A DNA stretch of 64,000 bases from a virus (Duplodnaviria; Caudoviricetes). The stretch lies in the IMG/VR virus record IMGVR_UViG_3300037420_002493, positions 10,055-74,054 of that record; one strand, written 5' to 3'. Shown piece by piece: positions 10,115 to 18,341 of the stretch. Positions within the stretch are counted from its first letter, which is position 1. Every line of letters starts with the position of its first letter. The notes beneath the pieces are model-generated. The model was not told the origin of the DNA, did not search any database, and saw nothing but the letters and a program-made list of their open reading frames with translations. The translations under genes were made by a program, and so were the position numbers.

Positions 10115-10359
10115 AAGGATTTAGAAAGGTCTCCTCCTAGAGTAGGAGCCAAATCGGTCAGCTATGACCGATTTCAAAAACATTGTTACAGCATTTCTAA
10201 ACTTAACTACAATGACAGCTAAGTTTTATACGAAATTCTATAAAGATCAGCAGCTTTGCAGTCGATCGGTCCCTGTCACCACAGGGATTTTTTGTATCTG
10301 TCCGTCGATCGCTGAATTCAGCGTTATATTTGTCAAAGTCTTTGTCCTGACTTCGCTTC

Positions 10360-12177
10360 ATGCCGATCGCAGCTTCAGCAAGAATTGACCTAATCGACTC
10401 TGACCCGAATGTTGTTTCTAACATCCAAGGTGGTCCAGAGCCACAGGATGAATGGCTGCATTTTCGCTTCTCACAGGACTATCCTCAATACCAGCGAATG
10501 CGGCGTGACCCGCATGTTCGGTCTCGCCTAGATAAACGAGTTGATGCAATCCTAGGTCGCAGTGTTTTGGTTGAGGCTCCCAAGAAGCGGGGAGCTGCAA
10601 AAGCCGCAGAGAAAGTTCAGTCCATTCTCGATAAGGTCAAGTACGAAGCGCTTTGTAAGGCGGTACTGAAGTCAGGAATGCTGATTGGATTCAGCGTGCT
10701 GCAAATCGATTTTGTGGAAGATGAGGACGACAAGACTCTACTGATTCCAAAGTGGAAGTTTGTTCCACAATCACGCTTCACCTTTGCCTATCACAAGCCG
10801 GACGATCGGGCAGTTCTAGTGGTCAATGATGATGATCTTGACCCCGCAACCGAGATTTTATTAGTTCATGGCTATGAGCTGAGGCTACTCACCAAACGTG
10901 CTCCTATCTACGGGGAGCGAGTTCCCAAGAACCGATTTCTATGTTTTACGTTTGACTCTGAAGATAGCCCGTGGGGTTTGGGACTGGGCTACTCCATTTT
11001 CCCGTGGTGGGAAGTCAAACGGTGTGCGCTCAAAGCGTGGTTGCTGCACTCCGATCGACAAGGTTCACCACCGACGATCGGAACCACCCCAGCCGACCTA
11101 GACCCCAGCCATAACGACGACCACAAGAAGATCATTGCTGACTTTGAGGGGTTTCTGAAGGCGTTATCTCCGAGCAATTGGGCATCGTTTCCTGAAGGGT
11201 TTACGGCTCAGTTATTGGAAACGATCGGGCAGAGTGGACCAGAGGTGCATCAAGCCCTCATTCGGGAAGCAGACAACCAAATCAGTAAAGTTGTGTTGGG
11301 AGAAGTCCCCTTCTCGGACAAAGACACAGGCAGTTATGCCGCAAATGCATCTCAGGTCGAAGATAGAAGCTCAACCCTGACCGACGGGGATTGCAACCTA
11401 CTGGATGAGCAACTCTATGACGGGTTGTGGTTGCCAACTTTTGAGCTAAACAGCATCGTCGATGATGCCCCGATCGTGCGTCGGGAATCATTCGCAGACA
11501 CGCGCAAAGCCGCCCTTGAGAAGCAGAAGCTAGAGCATTCCAAGGCGGTAGCTGACCGAGACAAAGAACTGCAAGAACTGGGCTATCGTCGCACCGCTCA
11601 GAGTGTACTAGAAATTCATGGTGAAGGGCTGGAGTCGATTCAAACTGACACCGAGAAGCCGCCATTGGTGAGCACGATCGGGGTCGGTGGAACGCAAGCT
11701 CTATTAGGGTTGCTACAGCAAGCGTCGTCTGGAGAGTTGCCGAAAGAGAATGCGGTGGCAGCAATGGTTGCGATGTTTGGGCTTGACGAGAAAACCGCTG
11801 GCGCGATCGTGCCAGAACCGAAGCAAGAAAACTCGCAATCGTCGTCGCTCGATCAGCTTTTTGGAGGAGATACCGCGCCGACGGATACGACTAACTCAGA
11901 TACCCCAGCACCTCAACCGCAGTTTACCGAGCCAGAGTCAGAGCAGGTTGAGACGGTACGGGATGAATTACCCAGCGAGTTTGCCGCAGCCGTTGCAGCG
12001 TTGAGCCGACTGGATACGATCGGGCTTGAGGAATTTGGACTGGTATGGGATGACACGACCGAGTTTGATGAAGCGATCGCAGCGCTAAACCGAATTGAGG
12101 TAGATGGAATAGAGGTTGATATCTCCCTTGACTTTGAGGAGTGGGGGATTTGCCAACCCGATCGTAGTTACTCATGA
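10360..12177 (+). CDS. Portal protein (Mu gp29/DUF935 family) with acidic C-terminal extension
   Basis: YQRMRRDPHVRSRLDKRVDAILG; PWGLGLG; ISKVVLGE; GSYAANASQ. Confidence 0.9.
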   Translation: MPIAASARIDLIDSDPNVVSNIQGGPEPQDEWLHFRFSQDYPQYQRMRRDPHVRSRLDKRVDAILGRSVLVEAPKKRGAAKAAEKVQSILDKVKYEALCKAVLKSGMLIGFSVLQIDFVEDEDDKTLLIPKWKFVPQSRFTFAYHKPDDRAVLVVNDDDLDPATEILLVHGYELRLLTKRAPIYGERVPKNRFLCFTFDSEDSPWGLGLGYSIFPWWEVKRCALKAWLLHSDRQGSPPTIGTTPADLDPSHNDDHKKIIADFEGFLKALSPSNWASFPEGFTAQLLETIGQSGPEVHQALIREADNQISKVVLGEVPFSDKDTGSYAANASQVEDRSSTLTDGDCNLLDEQLYDGLWLPTFELNSIVDDAPIVRRESFADTRKAALEKQKLEHSKAVADRDKELQELGYRRTAQSVLEIHGEGLESIQTDTEKPPLVSTIGVGGTQALLGLLQQASSGELPKENAVAAMVAMFGLDEKTAGAIVPEPKQENSQSSSLDQLFGGDTAPTDTTNSDTPAPQPQFTEPESEQVETVRDELPSEFAAAVAALSRLDTIGLEEFGLVWDDTTEFDEAIAALNRIEVDGIEVDISLDFEEWGICQPDRSYS

Positions 12178-12376
12178 TCGTTGCAGGAGTTGATCTTCAG
12201 TTGGGTTTTGAGGAAGCTTGAGTTGCCAACCCACTCTCAATCTTCAAGCTCGTTGCAGGTTTAGGATCAGGCACTTGCCAACCCACTCTCAATCTTCAAG
12301 CTCGTTGCAGTTGCTGCATTTCAGCAACATACCGACGCCCTTGCCAACCCGCTCTCAGTCTTTATGATCGTTGCAG
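12150..12376 (-). CRISPR. Mini CRISPR array, 4 repeats and 3 spacers
   Basis: Repeats 12150-12186 (degenerate, 37 nt), 12223-12258 and 12275-12310 (identical, 36 nt), 12341-12376 (5 mismatches). Minus-strand repeat CTGCAACGAGCTTGAAGATTGAGAGTGGGTTGGCAA. Spacers 36, 16 and 30 nt. Confidence 0.9.
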
Positions 12377-14316
12377 GGCAACTCCCAAAGCGAAAGCTGG
12401 ATGTGGTTTTGAAGCCGTTTTGACAAGCGCTTTCTTGAAGATCTTGAAGATACCCCAGTTTTGCGGGTTGCTGACTCGCTACAGGTGTCACGAAGTCTAG
12501 CTGTGTCAGGGATTTCAGAATTTACAAGCATCCCTTTTCCTCCACTTGCCTGCGTCCTTCGCAATGTATGCGGATTGCGGGCAGTTCTAGGGATCGGAGG
12601 CACTAACACAACGGTTAATCCCTGACCAGACGAATCCGGTGATCCTTTGGCTGCATCCTCAGCAGGTTCACAAACAGTCGTGACTTGTACTTGACTGTTA
12701 GGCTCTGGCATGAGCAAGCCTTGTCGAATCGCTGGGGCAATTCGCAAGGTTCTGTTTTGGACGGGCATCAACTTGCCACACGTCCCGTAAGTGACAGAGC
12801 TAAGGAAGTTTGCACTTCCCACTCCGTCTCTGTCTCCTCTCCACCCACAACCCCCGTGTTTGGGATTGCAGTAGTAGACGCGGTTTCGCGGCTTGTGCCT
12901 GCGTCCGCATTGAGGGCACACTTGAGAGGTAAAGGCTTCACTGGCTTTCTCGGTTCCGATTCCGCCCGCCAGTTGCATCTTTTCCTCTAAATACTTCGCT
13001 TGGGTGGGCATCTCCCACATGTTGTTTCGAGACACTTGTTTGATGCGACGATTGCCCTTCTTTCTGCCCTTGGGCAATCGGTCCAAATCACCCACGTAAA
13101 TTTTGCCGACCTTACGTTCAACTGCCCAATCGACAGCGGTACGAGTAATGGTGTGGTTGGCATAGTTAAGTCTGATCCGGTAATAATCAGCGGCTTTTTG
13201 CTGACCCATGTAGAGACGATAATCCCGCTTGCTTCTGCGTCTCAAGGGTTTGGTGGATTGCTGATTGAGTGCAATGAGTGAGCGTCCCTTACCATCCAGC
13301 CCTTCTCTACGACGTTGCCGAATCATTCGCCATGCGTACTTGGCATCGCTGCCTGTGCGCTTTTTGCCTTGCCGTTGTCGCTCATTATCTTCTTCCTGCA
13401 ATCTGCGATAGGTAGCCTTCTCCTCAACAGAGAGGTATTGTCGGAATTGCCCCTTAAACACTCGCGCTCTTGCACGATTAATAGCTCGGTAGCGTCCGTC
13501 TCGCTCCCGCTTGAGAGCACAGATATCTTTGCCAGAAATAGTTGCCGTTTCTGCGGTTCCCTCTCCGTTCTGCACGGCAATGACAATGGCACGCTTCTGT
13601 CCAAAGTCTACGGCTGCCACTTGGGTGAGTTCAGGATTCGGTTCAACGGTGTGCTTTGTGCAGAGATGAAGATAGTAATGACCACTGCGAGATTTAGAAA
13701 TCTTAGCGTCACCGTCTAGCACTTTACCCTTTAGCTCTGGAAGTCGCAGCTTCAGTAGATAGGGCTTTGCACCCAGAATTAGCGTGTCTCCTTGGCGCTT
13801 GACGTGTAAGCCGCTGAAAGGAACTGGATAGTAGGACTTGAATCGTTTAGGTAGTTCAGCCTCGTGATCGCCCCGCTTGCGACGAGTAAAACATGCCTTA
13901 ATAGCTGCCTCAAAGGTGCGACAAATCGCATCTGCTGACTGTGCTGGAATGCCATAATCAGGTTTCTTGCTCTTACGGACAGCGATAACCAACCGCTCGA
14001 CACCCTTCTCTTTTCCTTGTTTGGCAGGCTTATTCTCCAACTGCTGAGGGTAGAGACTGTATTCCTGATTGGTGAACGTGCGAGTCAGTTCGTGTGCCCA
14101 TCCAAGCTGGAATAGATTTAAGTAGCTGTTCACCTCGTAAGGTTTGCAGCTTGGGTCAGCCTCTTTTAGGCGCTTGTACTCGTTGCGTTTGTACTGGAGA
14201 TGTTCAACCAACTGGTTATAGATGCGACGACTCGCTGCAAACATTCCTTCCAGCATGACTCTCTGGGTTGGAGTAGGAAAGAATTCAATTGTGAGGGTGC
14301 GAGTCGCTTCCATCAC
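12355..14316 (-). CDS. CRISPR-associated TnpB-derived (Cas12-like) RNA-guided nuclease, rearranged RuvC-II
   Basis: OrfB-type N-term FFPTPTQRVMLEGMFAASRRIYN; RuvC-I AAVDFG; RuvC-II IYVGDL with downstream SEAFTS; Zn finger CPQC..C..C; RuvC-III DRDGVGSAN; adjacent array. Confidence 0.85.
   Translation of the reverse strand: MMEATRTLTIEFFPTPTQRVMLEGMFAASRRIYNQLVEHLQYKRNEYKRLKEADPSCKPYEVNSYLNLFQLGWAHELTRTFTNQEYSLYPQQLENKPAKQGKEKGVERLVIAVRKSKKPDYGIPAQSADAICRTFEAAIKACFTRRKRGDHEAELPKRFKSYYPVPFSGLHVKRQGDTLILGAKPYLLKLRLPELKGKVLDGDAKISKSRSGHYYLHLCTKHTVEPNPELTQVAAVDFGQKRAIVIAVQNGEGTAETATISGKDICALKRERDGRYRAINRARARVFKGQFRQYLSVEEKATYRRLQEEDNERQRQGKKRTGSDAKYAWRMIRQRRREGLDGKGRSLIALNQQSTKPLRRRSKRDYRLYMGQQKAADYYRIRLNYANHTITRTAVDWAVERKVGKIYVGDLDRLPKGRKKGNRRIKQVSRNNMWEMPTQAKYLEEKMQLAGGIGTEKASEAFTSQVCPQCGRRHKPRNRVYYCNPKHGGCGWRGDRDGVGSANFLSSVTYGTCGKLMPVQNRTLRIAPAIRQGLLMPEPNSQVQVTTVCEPAEDAAKGSPDSSGQGLTVVLVPPIPRTARNPHTLRRTQASGGKGMLVNSEIPDTARLRDTCSESATRKTGVSSRSSRKRLSKRLQNHIQLSLWELPCNDHKD
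12434..12470 (-). ncRNA. Candidate anti-repeat (tracr/omega-scaffold part)
   Basis: Minus strand CAACCCGC-11 nt-ATCTTCAAG ATCTTCAAG is collinear with the repeat complement CAACCCAC-5 nt-ATCTTCAAG. Confidence 0.45.
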
Positions 14317-14522
14317 GATTCCTCAACTAACTCATCTTCATGGGCAGAGTCTTCAAACAGGTGTGGACGATCGAACTGGACAAAATACGTGAATCCAGGA
14401 CGCGACCAGCATGAACCGGGAGCGGTTAACGCATAGAGCACAGCACGAATCACACCCGCATCGTTATCGCTCGTTCTGACCCGTTGCCCAATTTGAAACC
14501 GACAGGGAGGCAGACTATACAC
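14313..14522 (-). CDS. Small SH3/KOW-like protein
   Basis: RFQIGQRV..GVI..PGFTYFVQFD; paralog at 48389; stop overlaps effector ATG. Confidence 0.6.
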   Translation of the reverse strand: MYSLPPCRFQIGQRVRTSDNDAGVIRAVLYALTAPGSCWSRPGFTYFVQFDRPHLFEDSAHEDELVEES

Positions 14523-14784
14523 GGTGACACTCCCCCTGTGGAATCTGGGCTAATAACTCAGGCGCATCAGCTTCTAGATGAGTAAGATTCTCGTTGACCA
14601 ACCTTCTCCCAGCCCTCCAAGTCTCTTCGGTAGAGGGAAGAATCCGATCGGTCTCAGTGTCTCCTATCTCCTGCCCAAAGGGGTCAAGAACGGCTGTTTT
14701 GTAGCCTCCGATGACTTCGATCGGGCAGATTAAATGACCGCGATATCTAAAGCTGCAACCCCACAGATAAATGTCTTCTCTCAT
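14515..14784 (-). CDS. Hypothetical protein
   Basis: Paralog of 48129-48392 (RGxLI..VLxPFGxEIGDT..APEL). Confidence 0.6.
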   Translation of the reverse strand: MREDIYLWGCSFRYRGHLICPIEVIGGYKTAVLDPFGQEIGDTETDRILPSTEETWRAGRRLVNENLTHLEADAPELLAQIPQGECHRV

Positions 14785-15071
14785 GACTCAACTACTCCAA
14801 TAATCCTGTCTTCGTGAATGGTTTCTACCTCATCTCCTTCGTCTCCACTCTCAAGGTGGTAATCCCATCCAGGCTCACAGTTCTCCGCAAAGGCAATGGC
14901 AACGCGAGTAAACCGACAGCCGCAAATTCTGCCTTCAGCAATCTCGTCTTTGCTGCTCCCTCTCACTTTGTAGCGAACGGTTTGCCAAATCTCGTATTTG
15001 GGCTTTGGAGTAGGGTTACTCAGGTAGTGGTAGAGTTTTTGTTCAAGTTTGGTTAATGCTGCTTTTGCCAT
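14781..15071 (-). CDS. Small SH3/KOW-like protein
   Basis: PKYEIWQTVRY..GRICGCRF..PGWDY. Confidence 0.6.
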   Translation of the reverse strand: MAKAALTKLEQKLYHYLSNPTPKPKYEIWQTVRYKVRGSSKDEIAEGRICGCRFTRVAIAFAENCEPGWDYHLESGDEGDEVETIHEDRIIGVVES

Positions 15072-15074
15072 GTC

Positions 15075-15428
15075 TCAGTCCTCCACAATGTCAGTTTCGT
15101 AAACCTCGATAATCCTGGCATCGGCTTCGATGCGGTAATACCAGCCGGGGTCTTCGCCTCGACCTTGAAGAAAGGCAATACCGACGCGCACGAAATGGAA
15201 GCCACAGACCCGACCTTGTTTAATTTCTGGGTTGTCGTTGTCGTAAGATTTATCGTCGTAAGACGTGTATTGAACGAGTTGCCACAAGTTGTATTTGGGC
15301 TGAGTTCTGGGGTGATTCAGCAACTCTTGCAAGTGCTGCTCAAATTCCTCAACCGGATCTGGCGTCACGCCAGTATTGATAGGGGTGGTCATAAAAACCT
15401 CGTAAATTAGCCCAACTGATAAAGACAA
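15075..15428 (-). CDS. Small SH3/KOW-like protein
   Basis: PKYNLWQLVQY..GRVCGFHF..PGWYY; tandem paralog of 14781. Confidence 0.6.
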   Translation of the reverse strand: MSLSVGLIYEVFMTTPINTGVTPDPVEEFEQHLQELLNHPRTQPKYNLWQLVQYTSYDDKSYDNDNPEIKQGRVCGFHFVRVGIAFLQGRGEDPGWYYRIEADARIIEVYETDIVED

Positions 15429-15859
15429 ACTTGCTCTGCATTGCTCAGTCCCAACTCGCGCAGAATGAAGCGCGAAATCTCCGAAGGGAACTGAGTTAAA
15501 GACAGCTCAATGCGGTTGCTAAACACACCGAGAAAGTGAGCGCGTCCTTGCTGTGACACTGCTTCTTCGATCAGGGCGTCTAAATCCTCAATCACCGATT
15601 GCAGAATCTCAGACTCATCGATCGCAAAGCCCTCTTGGATGTAACTCACTAAACGCCTTGCTTTTGGAGGTAAGCCCCCATGCTTGAGAATTAGGTCGGT
15701 ATCTACCTGGTCAAGACATTCTCTTGCCAGTTCTCGTGCGGCAAGTTCTGCCTCAGTGACAGTGCCAGTGGCGTATTCCTTGCCGTTGATTTTGAAGACG
15801 ATTAAGCCGTAGAAGTCGTCTTGGGACTTCTGAATTGCGGTTCTAACTGCTGTGAGCAT
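15407..15859 (-). CDS. Hypothetical protein
   Basis: 150 aa ORF in the same operon. Confidence 0.55.
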   Translation of the reverse strand: MLTAVRTAIQKSQDDFYGLIVFKINGKEYATGTVTEAELAARELARECLDQVDTDLILKHGGLPPKARRLVSYIQEGFAIDESEILQSVIEDLDALIEEAVSQQGRAHFLGVFSNRIELSLTQFPSEISRFILRELGLSNAEQVCLYQLG

Positions 15860-15930
15860 GACTCGCCTAATTCCTAGTTCAGTGGTGTAGAGGGTGAGGC
15901 ATCCTGATCGGATCAGGATGCCAAAGGGAG

Positions 15931-16197
15931 TTAGAAGGCTTGGCAGGTCTGAGCGAGTTCTTTCTCTTCGACGCGCCAGTCTTGACCCGTAGCAGCTTTT
16001 AAGGTTCGGTTGAGCTGGTCGTTAGCCCAGATATCTTGACGAACCAGGACATCGAAATCTTGAAAATCTAGGGTGGCTTGGCAGCTTTCAAAGCGTCTGG
16101 CTTTGACGTGGTAGCGACGAGTAACGACTCCGGTATAGGTAGCGCTCGGAGCGGTGATGAGACGGGTTTGCTTGGAGGGTGCGATCGTTGTTAGCAT
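15931..16197 (-). CDS. Hypothetical protein, first gene of leftward operon
   Basis: 88 aa; AAAGGA upstream. Confidence 0.55.
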   Translation of the reverse strand: MLTTIAPSKQTRLITAPSATYTGVVTRRYHVKARRFESCQATLDFQDFDVLVRQDIWANDQLNRTLKAATGQDWRVEEKELAQTCQAF

Positions 16198-16364
16198 GAC
16201 GTAAATCCTTTCGTGGGGTTTGTGGAGGAAGCGCTTGAAGTTGTCCAGACCCAGAGCGCTTTCTCTATGCTTTCAATATTACCTATTAAGTAATGCTTGT
16301 CAAGTAATACCTATGAAGATAAGATATATCTGTAGGCAAACGAGATACTTGAGAGGTGATACCT

Positions 16365-16619
16365 ATGGGGCAATTCTTGGTGAAGATCACCTATACGAAG
16401 GACTTTCCGGGAATTGGAAAGCAGATACGCGAATACAGACGGCAATCAGATAAGCCTCTAGCTGAGTTGGCAGCAGAGGCAGGTATCAGCGTTCCTCACT
16501 GGAACCGAGTTGAAAACGAAAAAGTTGGAGAGCTGCCACTAGAAACGCTTCGAGGTATCGAAAAGGCTCTTGGCGTTGATCTAGGAGTACGCTTCGATGA
16601 TTCATCCTCAAGCCAGTAA
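16365..16619 (+). CDS. XRE-family HTH repressor, divergent from effector operon
   Basis: IGKQIREYRRQSDKPLAELAAEAGISVPHWNRVENE. Confidence 0.85.
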   Translation: MGQFLVKITYTKDFPGIGKQIREYRRQSDKPLAELAAEAGISVPHWNRVENEKVGELPLETLRGIEKALGVDLGVRFDDSSSSQ

Positions 16620-16756
16620 CCCTCTCGCTCTTCCATCGGTTTCCTTGGAGAGCCGATCGCGGGTTAGCAAAGCAAATAGAGGATAATGAAATTAGTCGAT
16701 TTAAGAGTGTTCGCCAGTTTCTCAACTCAATTCCCACACGTCAACATGAGATCACT

Positions 16757-17206
16757 ATGATCCCGATGTTCAGTGCTAACGGAAAATTACCGCCTGGTAT
16801 CCATCGTTGTACATGGAAAGAATTTGTGGAGCGCTTTGGAATCACGCCCCATCGCTTGAACCTAATTGCTGGGCTTAAAAGGGCAATGGAGCACTTACAG
16901 ATAGCGGGATGTTCCATTATTTACATTGACGGCAGTTTTGTAACCGACAAAGTAGTGCCTGGCGATTTCGATGCTTGTTGGGAAACTAGAGGTGTTGATG
17001 CAAAAAAACTAATCTCGATCGCTCCCTCCTTGTTGGACTTTTCTAACAGACGAGCTGCTCAGAAAGCAGAGTACGGCGGAGAGTTATTTTTTGCTGGAGT
17101 ACCCGCAGATAATGCTGGAAATTTATTTCTAGATTTCTTCCAGATGGATAGAGATGGTCAGCCCAAAGGGATTATTGCTATTGATTTAGAGAGGTGGCAG
17201 CCGTGA
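16757..17206 (+). CDS. DUF6932-like nucleotidyltransferase-fold protein (putative toxin)
   Basis: GKLPPGIH..W.EF.ERFG; YIDGSFVTDK..PGDFD. Confidence 0.7.
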   Translation: MIPMFSANGKLPPGIHRCTWKEFVERFGITPHRLNLIAGLKRAMEHLQIAGCSIIYIDGSFVTDKVVPGDFDACWETRGVDAKKLISIAPSLLDFSNRRAAQKAEYGGELFFAGVPADNAGNLFLDFFQMDRDGQPKGIIAIDLERWQP

Positions 17207-17622
17207 TTGAAAACGAGCAGCAATATCACATCACGCAGGCTCAAGCTCAGAAGTTTGAAAAGGCTTTAGAGCGTATGCTTCAATCATCCGAGCAAGAGCG
17301 CGAGACAAATCCTCTGCTTTGGCAAGCTCAAATCTCTGCTTTGGAGAGTCAGCTTAGCGACCTGCGCGAAGAAATAGAGGAATACAACACAAGCCGCGTG
17401 AAGAGCGAGGGGCTTGAGACTAGATACGGTGAACTGATTACGGTACTGGTTGAAGATGTAATACGGGTAAAACAGGAAAATCGACCGCTTTCTAAAATTA
17501 TTGCCTCGATTGCAGTTGCAAGAGTAGTGGTGACAATCTTGCATGTTTTATGGAGTATGCCTATAGAGGGTACTATCTCTCTAAGCTCAGCACTTAAAGA
17601 AAAGAAGCAATCTGAAGGATGA
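17203..17622 (+). CDS. Partner of DUF6932-like gene (helical antitoxin-like N-term)
   Basis: GTGA overlap with upstream stop; IENEQQY..AQISALESQLSDLREEIEEY. Confidence 0.55.
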   Translation: MIENEQQYHITQAQAQKFEKALERMLQSSEQERETNPLLWQAQISALESQLSDLREEIEEYNTSRVKSEGLETRYGELITVLVEDVIRVKQENRPLSKIIASIAVARVVVTILHVLWSMPIEGTISLSSALKEKKQSEG

Positions 17623-17723
17623 TCGATTTCAGCGACGATCGTGATGACTGAATCGGATTGACGGGCGATCATTTGTCCTAGTTTGGTAATCTTGTAGAAT
17701 TAACCCCCTAGCTTAGGAATTCT

Positions 17724-18062
17724 ATGAGTAGCCAGAATCAGATTACAGCGATGTTAATGCTCAAAGTCTCCGGTCGAGACACCTGGCAAGGCATGGGAGA
17801 AAAAGCCTATAGTGTCCTTCCACGAACCGGAGAGTTTATCGAGATAGACGTTGATGGGACAGCCTATTGGTGCAAGGTTGTCGCTGTTGCTCATTCATCC
17901 GAGCCAACGACCAATATTGGCGACATTTATGCCGTCCCACTGGGAAAATCAACGGACGTGCTAAAACAACTTTTTGATTCTACTGAGTCACCTCATTTTG
18001 ATTCTGCTGAGTGGTCTCAGGAGCTTGAGGAGAAAGATGCAGGGTGGATTGGTAAGGTATAG
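17724..18062 (+). CDS. Hypothetical protein
   Basis: 112 aa; AGGA upstream. Confidence 0.55.
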   Translation: MSSQNQITAMLMLKVSGRDTWQGMGEKAYSVLPRTGEFIEIDVDGTAYWCKVVAVAHSSEPTTNIGDIYAVPLGKSTDVLKQLFDSTESPHFDSAEWSQELEEKDAGWIGKV

Positions 18063-18225
18063 CAGGGCTGGCATTTTTGCTGCGATCTCCTTTGTTGATT
18101 TTGCTGATCAAGGACTTGAAATCGGTCAGACGTGACCGATTTGGATTGCTTTTTGACTTGTCGAATTCAACAAGTTATCTGCTAGAGATCTGATCGCAGC
18201 CCTAGATAGTGATTAGCAAACCTGA

Positions 18226-18255
18226 TTGACAGTCCTCCATTCATCAAGATATATT
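18226..18255 (+). promoter_or_regulatory. Sigma70-type promoter upstream of NYN gene
   Basis: TTGACA-18 nt-TATATT. Confidence 0.6.
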
Positions 18256-18341
18256 GGGGTTAAGTCATCACCAGTTGGGCTTTATTAGCTCGCTGGCTCC
18301 CGCTGGGTTACGATCCAGTGGGTATTTTGCTTTATAAGGGC

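Noticed and set aside
10164-10424. Short ORFs 10164-10388 (+) and 10203-10424 (-)
   Set aside because: One starts within a palindrome copy and the other overlaps the portal; no recognisable features.
12355-14316. Calling the effector Cas12k / CAST
   Set aside because: No tnsB, tnsC or tniQ in the window; catalytic Asp residues are retained; the N-terminus is typical TnpB. Only the repeat resembles V-K.
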